The notes below the pieces were generated by a model. The model did not search any database. It was not told the origin of the DNA and was given only the letters and a program-made list of their open reading frames with translations. The position numbers were made by a program, and so were the translations under genes. Source: Candidatus Heimdallarchaeota archaeon (GTDB lineage Archaea; Asgardarchaeota; Heimdallarchaeia; JABLTI01). From it: 64,000 nucleotides of DNA. The stretch covers positions 32,001 to 96,000 of the forward strand of contig JAHLVW010000066.1 of the NCBI GenBank assembly GCA_019058275.1. The letters are read 5' to 3'. Below are positions 9,936 through 19,865 of this stretch, in pieces. Numbering within the stretch: the first letter of the stretch is position 1; every line of letters begins with the position of its first letter.

Positions 9936-10045
9936 TTTTTTCCTTTTCTTTTATTATCCCATTCTACCATTTCATCTTTTATTTTCATAGTCTTATATAT
10001 AGTCTATGCGATATATTATTTTAAAAGGGTAGGTTGATTTTACTA

Positions 10046-10573
10046 ATGTCTAAAAAGAAAAAGGCAAATGTATCAACTAAAGGAAACTCTAAAAAGAGTT
10101 TCTTGGAAAGGTTGCCCTCAAACTTACTATTCGTTCCATTAGTAAGCCAACCCGATTTTCGATTGAGAAAAACCTAATTTAGAATCCCAAGGTCAATTCC
10201 TGTGAGTCTCATAATAGTTATGATGCTTATGGGAGTGTTCTTCATCTATATTGGTGGATTCTATTTTATCACACAAGATGAGGTTTATCCTTTTGGAACT
10301 GATCCTAAAACTGGTGAACGTGAAGTTATTTTGAATGAACGTCATCATCAGTATGTTTTTGAGGGCATTGCGGTTGGAATTCTGATGTATAACGGTGCTG
10401 GTGGTATGTATTTAATTCATCATTCAACTAATTATGCTTATAGACCTGCACAGGTGACAATGTTTCTCCTAATAGGTATAGGCTTGGTGATTTTTGCCTT
10501 AGGCTTGATAGTGTTTATGTTTATTGTAAAAGAAGAAATACTTGAGGAATTACTTAAAAAATTAAGGTCATAA
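10046..10573 (+). pseudogene. OSTC/DC2 (OST3/OST6 family)-like membrane protein with in-frame TAA at 10175-10177
   Basis: ATG 10046 gives MSKKKK...FLERLPSNLLFVPLVSQPDFRLRKT*FRIP, in frame with ORF 10202 and colinear with the downstream paralog. Confidence 0.7.
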
Positions 10574-10671
10574 TTCCTTCCCTTTTTTCAATGTTCAATC
10601 TTTAGAAATCCTTTTTAATGGAAGAAAATAAGAATATGAAAAACACTACTTAAATTAAGTGTTTATTCAGG

Positions 10672-11166
10672 ATGTTTGAGACGATGTCAAAAACAAAAAA
10701 GGCTACCGAAAACGAAGCAGACAAACCTTTTTTGGATCGATTGCCATCCAAATTGCCATTCGCTCCATTGGTGAGACGACCTGATTATCAGCTTCGTCAT
10801 GTCAGATTAACAGCACCAACTGCAATTCCTATCCAACTTGTAATTGCAGTAGTCTTTATTGGATTATTCTTCATTTACATAGGCGGATTTTATGATCTGG
10901 CACAAGAACCTCCAGCATTTGGTCAGAAACCTGGTGGTAGCCCATTAGTTATTTTGACTGAATTGAACCATCAATTCTTAGTTGAAGGTATGGCTGCAGG
11001 ATTCTTAATGTTTATTGGTACAGGTGGATTCTTTCTAATCCATTATTCCACACAATACGCCTATTCTCAAAAGAACGCTACTATACTGCTGACAATGGGA
11101 ATAGGAATAGTTGTCCTGTGCTGGGTAGGAGTAGTGTTTATATTAAGACAAAAAATAGGGTTATGA
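10672..11166 (+). CDS. Oligosaccharyltransferase subunit OSTC/DC2-like (OST3/OST6 family)
   Basis: GGFYDLAQEPPAFG...NHQFLVEGMAAGFLMFIGTGGF resembles the eukaryotic DC2 signature GGIIYDVIVEPPSVG...NGQYIMEGLASSFLF; 3 TM segments. Confidence 0.75.
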   Translation: MFETMSKTKKATENEADKPFLDRLPSKLPFAPLVRRPDYQLRHVRLTAPTAIPIQLVIAVVFIGLFFIYIGGFYDLAQEPPAFGQKPGGSPLVILTELNHQFLVEGMAAGFLMFIGTGGFFLIHYSTQYAYSQKNATILLTMGIGIVVLCWVGVVFILRQKIGL

Positions 11167-11302
11167 TGAACCTTAACAACAAAGAATAGCAAACCTATTC
11201 CCCTTATTTCTTTTATTCTTTTAAAATTAGAGAAAAATAGAGTGAGAGGTAAGAAAGAATTTCCAAGAAATCATCCAAGATTAATTCATACCTATTAATG
11301 TT

Positions 11303-11713
11303 TTAAGCTTGTTTTTTGAATTGTTTGTCAATCAATTCTTTGAAGTCATTCTTCTTTTTAGCACCTGAGAAATAAGTTGAGATTTTACCATCTTTAAATA
11401 TATAGAATGTAGGAACATATCTAATTTGGAATTGCATTGCTGCAGCTCTTTCTTGATCTGTGTTTACTTTTGCAAATGCTACTTTACCATTATACTCTTG
11501 TGCTATTTCCTTTGTAATTGGGTCCATGATTTTACATGGTGGACACCAGGTTGCATAGAAATCGATTATTGCGTATTTATTTTTAGTAATGAAATCTTGA
11601 ATATCTCTGCTAGTAAGAGTTTTTACCATTCCATTTGCATCTTGACTTCCTGTCATAATATCACTCACAATTTTTTCCTTTATTTTCTGTAGTTCTTTAT
11701 CTTCTATTGTCAT
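11303..11713 (-). CDS. trxA: Thioredoxin
   Basis: DFYATWCPPCK, FAKVNTD, YVPTF. Confidence 0.92.
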   Translation of the reverse strand: MTIEDKELQKIKEKIVSDIMTGSQDANGMVKTLTSRDIQDFITKNKYAIIDFYATWCPPCKIMDPITKEIAQEYNGKVAFAKVNTDQERAAAMQFQIRYVPTFYIFKDGKISTYFSGAKKKNDFKELIDKQFKKQA

Positions 11714-12097
11714 GATTAACTCCTCTTTTAATAAAGTTGACTATTAAATTCTTAAACATCATTTTTGACTGGGAAATAACTCCCAATTTTGATTTGTTAT
11801 GAGTCACATTTACTAAGTTCTTATTTAAAAATTCCAAATTAGTTTGTTAGAAATTTGATATCTTGAACATAACTTTGTTAAGTCAACCTAACATATATGT
11901 CCTTTTTCAATAAAATTCACACAGTATGGAAAAAACGTAAATAATATATTGGAATAACTATAGTAATTAGTTAGATAAACAGAGAAAGCTATTATTGAGA
12001 AATGAATGTTTTTTCTGTAGTAGACCATCAAAAACTATTAATGAGTTATTAAAGTAAAATCAATTATATCCCGTCAACAACATAGGATTGAATACAG

Positions 12098-13684
12098 ATG
12101 GCAGTAGATTCATATTGGTACATTGTAGGAATTGGAGGTATATTCCTACTTGTTGTAGCTGTAATTATTTGGGACCAAATACGTCAAGCAAAGAAGAAGA
12201 GTAGTTTAGATCAAACTGCTCATGGAAGTCCGTCGAGTTTTGATTCGGAATCAAAAACTAAGATGATGTCGAGACTTGATAAACGAGAATCGCAATTAAG
12301 AAGAGAACGGATATTAGAGGGAGGTACTCTTCCTGAGCTTTCAGAACTCGTTGTTTATTTCCCAACGAGAAATAAAAAGATTACTTCTACTGAGGTTGAC
12401 GTAAGAGGTAAAACAGCAGTTAAGTCAATCGTCTGGATAAACAATCAAGCTGCATTTGTTGATGTTGATGGTTCATTTATTGGTACTGTTAAGTTATATC
12501 GTGGCAAAAATCAATTGGATATTGTTGCCATTGGACCATATGGGCACACAATGGGTGCTTATGTACCTATTAATTGCACATCAAAAGAAGCACCAAGTTT
12601 TCAAAGCTCATGCTCTACCTATCTTCTTCCTGACCACACTCTTGACATAAGACACGATGCTATGCCAACTTCAGGAGTACAAGTAGACATTCAAAGTGTT
12701 TCTGTACCAGTTGATAGAGCCAGAAGAAGGAGAGGAAGACAAGCCGAGGAAGCTCCTGTGTTTCAAGATATGGCTCCTAAAGCAGCAGATGATCAAATTG
12801 TAGTTTCAGAAGATGAGATTGATCCTTCTGTTCTTGCTGCACTAAAAGGTGATCCTCTAAGCGAGGATGCTGCTGCCGTTGAATCAGCTGTTGATCTCTC
12901 TGAGATCGAACCTGATTTACTCCCTACAAGATTTAATGAAGCTGAAATTCCACCTATTCCTGAAATTACCGGGCTTGAAGATGAGGAACAAATATCTGAT
13001 ATCCCAGAAATCCCTGAGATTCCTACTGAATTACTCGAGGAAGAAAGTGAACCAGCAAGTACTGTAGCTGTTGATGAAGAAGAAATCGATGAATCAGTTA
13101 AACAAATCGAGGAAGTTATTGAAACAGACAAGAAATTCCAACCTGATGAAATGATACCAAAACAACCAGGGGAAGAATTAACACCTCAAGTAGAAGATAT
13201 TGAAGAAATAAAACTTGATGAATTCAAACCATTACAACAAACTCTTGAAGGAACACAAGAGCTGATTATTGAAACTAAATCCCAAGTTTTAGATGACGAT
13301 CGCAGAACTATTATATTGCAACACAATGGATTGCTTCAACGAGAAGATGGTGAAACAATACCAGTTCTTAAAATCGAAAAGAGAATTGAGTGTGTTGATG
13401 AAAAATGGTTTTCAACACTTGGTATAGCTAATGTCTCTGATGTAGAGATTAATCGTATAGATATGAGTGAATTTATCTCAAATACTATGGAATTAGCTGA
13501 AAAGCTTCCTGTAAATGTTGAAGACCCAATAATTGATTACTTGCCTGAAGGTGTAATGGTTACTTGGGTGATGAATAATGTTAAACCTCAAATGAAAATC
13601 TTCATTACCTATAACGAAAAAGCAAATCCAATGGATATTATTACTGAAGAGCAAAAAACACCAAAAATAACAATCAGAAAATAA
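12098..13684 (+). CDS. Membrane-anchored protein: N-terminal TM, Ig-like domain, long acidic/Pro-rich linker, C-terminal beta-rich domain
   Basis: TM at residues ~6-25 followed by RQAKKK; VDVRGKT...DGSFIGTVKLYRGKNQLDIVAIGPYG Ig-like pattern; IPEIPEIP repeats. Confidence 0.6.
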   Translation: MAVDSYWYIVGIGGIFLLVVAVIIWDQIRQAKKKSSLDQTAHGSPSSFDSESKTKMMSRLDKRESQLRRERILEGGTLPELSELVVYFPTRNKKITSTEVDVRGKTAVKSIVWINNQAAFVDVDGSFIGTVKLYRGKNQLDIVAIGPYGHTMGAYVPINCTSKEAPSFQSSCSTYLLPDHTLDIRHDAMPTSGVQVDIQSVSVPVDRARRRRGRQAEEAPVFQDMAPKAADDQIVVSEDEIDPSVLAALKGDPLSEDAAAVESAVDLSEIEPDLLPTRFNEAEIPPIPEITGLEDEEQISDIPEIPEIPTELLEEESEPASTVAVDEEEIDESVKQIEEVIETDKKFQPDEMIPKQPGEELTPQVEDIEEIKLDEFKPLQQTLEGTQELIIETKSQVLDDDRRTIILQHNGLLQREDGETIPVLKIEKRIECVDEKWFSTLGIANVSDVEINRIDMSEFISNTMELAEKLPVNVEDPIIDYLPEGVMVTWVMNNVKPQMKIFITYNEKANPMDIITEEQKTPKITIRK

Positions 13685-13697
13685 GCAATTTATTTTC

Positions 13698-15023
13698 TCA
13701 TTTTTTTCTTTCTTTCTTTAATTTTTGAACTTGTTTTGTTATTTTTTCAATCACTTCAAAATCTGTTAAGACATTCTTTGGTCCATCTTTCACTTTTCGT
13801 AATCGTAAAGGTACTGTATCCATTCTGTAAGCTGTTCCTTCGGATTCTACTCCTGAAACTGTAACTGGAAAAATAACTTCTGCTAATCTTGTTGTTGGAG
13901 TTTCGTATGGATCCAAAACAATCATTGGGATTTTAGCAAATTGTTGCATTACCCTTTTAGGAGAATTTCCTACTGGATCCGAAGCAACAATCATTGCTGC
14001 ATCAGCTTCTCCTCGAGATAGTACACCAGTTAATGAGAATTCTCCTGGATTATATTGAGGGAATCCTCTAGTCAAAGAAACAGCGAAAGGATAACCTGTG
14101 CTCCAAGTTAAGACATTTTGAGCACCAGTAACATTATAATGACCTCTTAAAGGCATAATATAAAACTTAGTATATTCATTCAAATCTCTAACTAGGCTTA
14201 AAGCAGCATCTACGTTACGATGTTTTCCTTTTGTTGTTGCTAAACCAAGACCGAAAAAGAGTGCACCATGTTTCGCGTTTTTCATTATATCAACTAATTC
14301 ATGGATTTTTTCTATAGGAACGCCAGAAACCTCTTCCTCTTTCAGCTTTCTTCCCCTAACTATAGCTCTTACTGCACTAATAAATTCAAAATCCCCACCA
14401 GGTTCGATTTGTATGAAATGATTTGCTAGCTTTGCAGTTTCAGTCATACGAATATCAATTACAATAACAGTTCGTTCTTGGAATCCTTTTTCTCTGAAAT
14501 ATCCTCGTGGAAACGTTGTATAACGACTCATGTGTCTTGGATGTGCTTCCATAGGATTGCAACCAACATATATTATAACATCAGATCTATTCCTTACTTC
14601 ACCCAAGGTACATCCTGCAAGTCCAATTTCTTGAATTCCAATAACTGAAGGTCCATGGCAAACAGATGGGCAATGATCCCAAATTGCTCCTATTTCTTCT
14701 GCTAGTTTAATGCTTTCTCTGTGTGCATCAGCTTCTGTTGATCCAAATCCATAAAATATTGGATAATCAGCAGCCAGTAATATTTTAGCTGCTCGGTTAA
14801 TAGCTTCCCCATAACTTACTTCAATAAAACAGTCTTTCTTTTTGATAAGTGGTTTTAAGATTCTTTTACCTTCTTTAATCCCTTGTATTTTTGCTACACC
14901 TAGCTGACAAGCGTTTTTTACTTCTATGATTTCATTGTTATCATCTATTATTACTTCAATATCATCACATAAGCTTCCACAAAATGGACAAACAACATCT
15001 GTTATTTTCTTCATACCATTCAT
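13698..15023 (-). CDS. fwdB: Formylmethanofuran dehydrogenase subunit B
   Basis: CPFCGSLCDD, VCHGPS (Cys ligand, not Sec), HPRHMSRY, RGHYNV, GTAYRMD. Confidence 0.95.
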   Translation of the reverse strand: MNGMKKITDVVCPFCGSLCDDIEVIIDDNNEIIEVKNACQLGVAKIQGIKEGKRILKPLIKKKDCFIEVSYGEAINRAAKILLAADYPIFYGFGSTEADAHRESIKLAEEIGAIWDHCPSVCHGPSVIGIQEIGLAGCTLGEVRNRSDVIIYVGCNPMEAHPRHMSRYTTFPRGYFREKGFQERTVIVIDIRMTETAKLANHFIQIEPGGDFEFISAVRAIVRGRKLKEEEVSGVPIEKIHELVDIMKNAKHGALFFGLGLATTKGKHRNVDAALSLVRDLNEYTKFYIMPLRGHYNVTGAQNVLTWSTGYPFAVSLTRGFPQYNPGEFSLTGVLSRGEADAAMIVASDPVGNSPKRVMQQFAKIPMIVLDPYETPTTRLAEVIFPVTVSGVESEGTAYRMDTVPLRLRKVKDGPKNVLTDFEVIEKITKQVQKLKKERKK

Positions 15024-15030
15024 CTTCCGC

Positions 15031-15447
15031 TTATTTTTTCTCTTCGTTAGTCATTAATTCTTGAAGTAATTCCTCTACTTCTAAAATTGATTTATTAGTT
15101 CTTGAGATAACTGCCTTAATACCTTTGAAAAGAGGTACTCCTATGCCAGCTTTCCCGGGGGGAGTAATCCAGTTAGCATAAATACCAAGTGGCATAAAAA
15201 TTACTCCTTCATGAGGAGCATCTTTAGATGTCATCGCTTTTACAACAATAGCTCCTTCTGAAGTCTTGATTCTTACATTTTGATTGTCTGATAACCTAAT
15301 CTTTGACATATCTCTTGGATCCATAAAACAAATTGCTATTGCTTTTCGAGCATCTTTAGAAATTTTCATTCCAGCTAAAGTTATTCCTTGTTCTATTGTC
15401 CTTCCAGATGTTAAAATAACTTCAAGAGAAGTAGGAGGTTTCGACAT
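15031..15447 (-). CDS. fwdD: Formylmethanofuran dehydrogenase subunit D
   Basis: LTSGRTIEQG, FMPLGIYAN, GVPLFKG; 7 nt from fwdB. Confidence 0.9.
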   Translation of the reverse strand: MSKPPTSLEVILTSGRTIEQGITLAGMKISKDARKAIAICFMDPRDMSKIRLSDNQNVRIKTSEGAIVVKAMTSKDAPHEGVIFMPLGIYANWITPPGKAGIGVPLFKGIKAVISRTNKSILEVEELLQELMTNEEKK

Positions 15448-15519
15448 GTTTTATTCCTTTTAATCCAGTTTTCTTAATCTATTTTAATTCTGCTATTTAA
15501 AGTATTAAAAAACTACTAG

Positions 15520-16035
15520 TTAGAATTTTTTAGATAATTTTTCAGACAATCTTGCTCTCTCAATTTCATTGTTAATACTTTTTATGACATGATTAATGAT
15601 TAATGATTGAACACCTTCAGTTAATAAATCCCAATTGTCTATATATGGTGACAAATAGAGTGCTATATCATTATTATCAGCAATAAGGTTAAGTTGCAAA
15701 GTATGAGTTATTACCTTTGCAAATTCTTTATTCCTTATAATGGCTTGCAAACTATCTTCTCTTATATTGTCAATGAGCTCATCCAAAAAGTGTAACTTCT
15801 TTTTAATAAAAGATTTAAGAGTAAATAAAACGCTATACAAACTATCAATGCTAGCTTTTTTGATATCAAATGTTCTAAATCTATCGGGATTGGTTCCTGC
15901 TTGCTGCAAAATTAAAGCTGAAACTAGAAGTGTTGCCTCATCAAGAATGTGTCTTAGCTCATTTTCAGCTTTTACAATACGAGGTCTAATATATCTCCTA
16001 GCTTTAACCATCAACATCATCCAATTGATTTTCAT
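15520..16035 (-). CDS. Hypothetical helical protein inside the fwd cluster
   Basis: 171-aa ORF co-oriented with fwdDB; no motif recognised. Confidence 0.55.
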   Translation of the reverse strand: MKINWMMLMVKARRYIRPRIVKAENELRHILDEATLLVSALILQQAGTNPDRFRTFDIKKASIDSLYSVLFTLKSFIKKKLHFLDELIDNIREDSLQAIIRNKEFAKVITHTLQLNLIADNNDIALYLSPYIDNWDLLTEGVQSLIINHVIKSINNEIERARLSEKLSKKF

Positions 16036-16183
16036 GAAGTTATCTTGTTTAATATAAAGCTTCGTATAGTAAATGATTGCTGAAGAACAAATTTTTAATT
16101 AGCATCCCAAAAGCTACTTAAAATCAGATTAATGAATTAAATAACAAGATATATGAGTTTAATATTAAAATATACAAATTTGA

Positions 16184-16486
16184 GTGTGTAATGTGCCTGC
16201 TTATGAAAGAATAACGTATAGGATAACCATCGATACTGAACGATGTAATGGATGTAATAATTGCACTACCGCTTGTCCTGTTAATGCAGAATTAATGAAG
16301 AAAAAGAATTTTGATCCAGATGAGCGTGTAATTGCTATTAAGAATGGTGTAGCAGTTGTAATTAATCCATTTAGGTGTGATGGTGACGGTATATGTATGA
16401 TTGTATGTCCAGAAGATTGCATAACAATTGAATTTATACCCTTATCTGAATATCAAGATGCAGAACAAGAAAAAACTGAAGTGTAA
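16184..16486 (+). CDS. 2x[4Fe-4S] ferredoxin, FwdG/FwdH-like
   Basis: CNGCNNCTTACP and CDGDGICMIVCP. Confidence 0.8.
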   Translation: MCNVPAYERITYRITIDTERCNGCNNCTTACPVNAELMKKKNFDPDERVIAIKNGVAVVINPFRCDGDGICMIVCPEDCITIEFIPLSEYQDAEQEKTEV

Positions 16487-16527
16487 ATCTTACATTAAAT
16501 TTACCATATTAATAATGGAGAATCAAA

Positions 16528-17295
16528 ATGACTCGAGTTTCAACAGTAAAGAGAAAAACTAATAAGCTTATTACTGAGCGAACAGAACCTCGAGTCAAAA
16601 CCTCTCTAATTCTTGATTTAGATAAATGTACAGGTTGTAACTTATGCACAACGGTTTGCCCAAGATATGCTATTGAGAGGGGACCAATCGGAGCTTCTAT
16701 CAGGAAACGCGTTGAAGCACCTCCAATTAGAATAAACTATCATAAGTGTATATTTTGTGGTTTATGTGCTTACATATGTCCATTTAATGCATTAACATTA
16801 ATGATAAATAATAAACCCACAGAAAAAATCAAGAGAGGAATTTCATTACCTTATCTTGAAGGTGATGAAGTATATTGTAAAAGAACTGGTGAGACAGCAT
16901 TAAAATTTATAGAAGGTAATATTAACATCATAGATAGTAAATGTCCGGGTGGATGTTCTACTTGTATTGAAATCTGTCCAGTACAATGTTTGTACCTACC
17001 TATTGCTCCAAAAAACAAGCCCTGGGAGAAACCTCCTAAAGTTGGTGTCAATCGCGAAACGTGCTTATATTGTGGTGCTTGTGTTTATGCATGCCCTGCA
17101 AATGGAGCTATAAATCTTGAGCGTACAAGAATCAAACATAGTGAAGAGGGATCTGAGAGCAAAATTTGGCAAAATATGGAAGAAAAATTACTAAAACCAG
17201 TCGAATCAAGAGATTGGTTTTTTGAGGAAAGGATAGAAACTTCTCTAAGAGGTGATCGAAAATTAGCTCCCAAAAGAAAAACTCTAAAGGAATAA
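16528..17295 (+). CDS. fwdF: Polyferredoxin, FwdF-like
   Basis: Four ferredoxin-type Cys motifs; fwd context. Confidence 0.8.
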   Translation: MTRVSTVKRKTNKLITERTEPRVKTSLILDLDKCTGCNLCTTVCPRYAIERGPIGASIRKRVEAPPIRINYHKCIFCGLCAYICPFNALTLMINNKPTEKIKRGISLPYLEGDEVYCKRTGETALKFIEGNINIIDSKCPGGCSTCIEICPVQCLYLPIAPKNKPWEKPPKVGVNRETCLYCGACVYACPANGAINLERTRIKHSEEGSESKIWQNMEEKLLKPVESRDWFFEERIETSLRGDRKLAPKRKTLKE

Positions 17296-19022
17296 TAATC
17301 AAAAATGGGTCTGTTTTTGATCCCAAAAATAACATTCATGGTGAGAAAAAAGACATTGTAATTGTTGCCAACAAAATAGTAGATTCAAATGAAGTTAGAA
17401 AAGATATTAAATTGAAAACAATTGATGCTAAGGGTTTAGTTGTCATGCCTGGGGGAGTTGATATACATGCTCATATTGCTGGTCCTAAAGTAAATGCTGG
17501 TCGATTGTTAAGACCCGAAGATCATAGGGTTGATGTTCATAAAAAAACAGCTTATGCTAGAGCTGGTGTAGGACGTTCAGTACCTTCTACATTTTACACG
17601 GGATATGCTTATTTGAAATTAGGTTATACTTGTGCAATGGAACCTGCAATGCCTCCTTTAGAAGCAAGACATACACATGAAGAATTAATGGACATACCAA
17701 TAATTGACAAAGGTGCATATACTCTACTTGGTAGTAACTGGTTTCTTTTAGAAAGAATAAGTAAAATGAATTTAGATGAAATGTGTGCTTTTGTTTCTTG
17801 GTTGCTATATTCTTCTGGAGGATATAGTATCAAATTAGTAAATCCTGGAGGAGAAGAAAGCTGGGCTTGGGGAAAAAATGTTTGTTCACTTGATGATAAG
17901 ATCGCTTATTTCAAAGCAACACCTCGAAAGATTATCAAAACTTTAGCAGCAGTAAATGAAAGACTCTCATTACCTCATACCATCCATTTACATACTAACA
18001 ATTTGGGTGTACCTGGAAATTATGATGTTACCTTAGAAACAATGAAATGTTTACAGGATATAAAGCCAAAGAAAGGAAGAAAAAGGAATGTTCATATTAC
18101 CCATATACAATTTTCCTCCTACGGAGGTAAAGGTTGGGGAGATTTCTGTTCTGAAGCACCTGAAGTAGCTAACTTTGTAAACAAACATGATCATGTTACG
18201 TGTGATATTGGTCAGATTGTCTTTACAAATACTACAACAATGACTGCTGATGGAGCTTGGGAATGGGCTCTAAGAGGTATAACAGAAAATCTTGCCTGGT
18301 CGCCCAGATCAGGTTCGAAATGGATGAATGCACAAGTTGAATTGGAATCTTGTGCAGGAATAGTTCCCTACATTTTTAGGCGAAGAAACTCTGTAAATGC
18401 TATTCAATGGGCTCTTGGTTTAGAATTCTTACTATTAATAGATGATCTCTCAAAGGTTAACATTTCAACTGATCATCCTAATGGTGGTCCATTTACATTC
18501 TATCCTATGATATTTAGTTGGTTAATGAGTAAAAAAGCTCGTGAGCGAATGCTCAGTCGAGCTGATAAAGCTCCTTCAGAAAAGACAACTTTAAGTGATA
18601 TTACAAAAGAGCTTTCACTTTCGGATATAGTTCAAGTAAGTAGAACCAGTGCAGCACAAATACTTGGACTTGAAAATAAGGGTCATTTAGGTATTGGTGC
18701 TGATGCGGATGTTGCAATTCATGATTTCAGAATACCTCTGAATAAGTTAAATCAAGATTACAATGCAATTGAGAAGGGATTTTCAGAAACCAAATACACA
18801 ATAAAAGATGGTTTAATTGTTTATTCAAATGGAAAAATCCTCTCTAATCCTATAGGTCGAACTTTTAGAGTTAAAGCTGAAGTACCTGAAGATTGGACTT
18901 TGGGTATTCAAGATGCTATTGAAGAACGTTTCAGAAAATATTATACAGTAAGCTTGAATAACTATGCCATACAAAAGGAATACTTTCCAAGAGAAGAATT
19001 AATAGTTACTAAATTACAATGA
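17262..19022 (+). CDS. fwdA: Formylmethanofuran dehydrogenase subunit A (true start upstream of ORF 17412, probably ATT 17262)
   Basis: In-frame IIIKNGSVFDPKNNIHGEKKDIVI precedes MPGGVDIHAHIAG; KLVNPGG, HLHTNNLG and STDHPNGGPF motifs. Confidence 0.93.
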   Translation: MSSQKKNSKGIIIKNGSVFDPKNNIHGEKKDIVIVANKIVDSNEVRKDIKLKTIDAKGLVVMPGGVDIHAHIAGPKVNAGRLLRPEDHRVDVHKKTAYARAGVGRSVPSTFYTGYAYLKLGYTCAMEPAMPPLEARHTHEELMDIPIIDKGAYTLLGSNWFLLERISKMNLDEMCAFVSWLLYSSGGYSIKLVNPGGEESWAWGKNVCSLDDKIAYFKATPRKIIKTLAAVNERLSLPHTIHLHTNNLGVPGNYDVTLETMKCLQDIKPKKGRKRNVHITHIQFSSYGGKGWGDFCSEAPEVANFVNKHDHVTCDIGQIVFTNTTTMTADGAWEWALRGITENLAWSPRSGSKWMNAQVELESCAGIVPYIFRRRNSVNAIQWALGLEFLLLIDDLSKVNISTDHPNGGPFTFYPMIFSWLMSKKARERMLSRADKAPSEKTTLSDITKELSLSDIVQVSRTSAAQILGLENKGHLGIGADADVAIHDFRIPLNKLNQDYNAIEKGFSETKYTIKDGLIVYSNGKILSNPIGRTFRVKAEVPEDWTLGIQDAIEERFRKYYTVSLNNYAIQKEYFPREELIVTKLQ

Positions 19023-19040
19023 AAAAAAGTTGAACAGAAA

Positions 19041-19865
19041 ATGACCAAAATAACTTTAACCCTTAGGAAGACAACTAAAAAACCAAACATACCAATTGAA
19101 GCAGAAATAATTTCCCCTGACAATTTCGCAAAGAAAAGTATTGATGAAATACGACAATTATCTATTTGGAGAGGTAACAAAGAAATTACACTAAACGATG
19201 TTTTCTCTATAAGGGGAGATGAAAATTTAGGTTCTGAAATAAAGGATATTGAGATTCTTCTGAAGGGTGAATTATCTACCTACAAAAGAATTGGGCAAAA
19301 GATGTCTGATGGAACAATAACAGTTGTTGGATCCATTGGCATGCACTTAGGAGTTCAAATGTCAGGAGGTAAAATCATAGTTACTGGTAATGTTGATGAT
19401 TTTGCTGGTGCAAATATGAAGGGAGGAGAACTTCACATAAAAGGAAATGCTGGACATTATTTGGGAGGATCTGTACGTGGAGATTGGCGAGGGATGACAA
19501 AAGGTAAGATTAAGGTAGAAGGGAATGTTAAGAACGAATGTGGATTATGGATGAGAAATGGTTTAATTGAAATAAATGGGGGAGCTAAAATGTTCTTGGG
19601 TATGCATCTACATAATGGAATAATAGTTATTGATGGAAATGTTACTGAAAGAGCTGGAGCTGAAATGACTGGTGGAGTCATTGTCATTAAAGGAAAATTG
19701 CAAAAGAATTTACCATCTTTCGAGTTTCAAAAAACAGTAGAAAATCTTGAGATAAAGAATTATGGGATTATTGAAGGTTCTTTCTTAGAGTTTAAAGGAG
19801 ATTATGCAGAAAGAAAACAAGGAACACTTTATCTCTTTAAAAAAAACAACAAGCACCTACAATGA
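19041..19865 (+). CDS. fwdC: Formylmethanofuran dehydrogenase subunit C
   Basis: IEAEIISPD, repeated GxxMxGG beta-helix units, GDWRGM. Confidence 0.93.
   Translation: MTKITLTLRKTTKKPNIPIEAEIISPDNFAKKSIDEIRQLSIWRGNKEITLNDVFSIRGDENLGSEIKDIEILLKGELSTYKRIGQKMSDGTITVVGSIGMHLGVQMSGGKIIVTGNVDDFAGANMKGGELHIKGNAGHYLGGSVRGDWRGMTKGKIKVEGNVKNECGLWMRNGLIEINGGAKMFLGMHLHNGIIVIDGNVTERAGAEMTGGVIVIKGKLQKNLPSFEFQKTVENLEIKNYGIIEGSFLEFKGDYAERKQGTLYLFKKNNKHLQ

Noticed and set aside
13698-15023. Selenocysteine form of FwdB
   Set aside because: The metal-ligand position is an ordinary Cys (VCHGP) and the ORF is uninterrupted.
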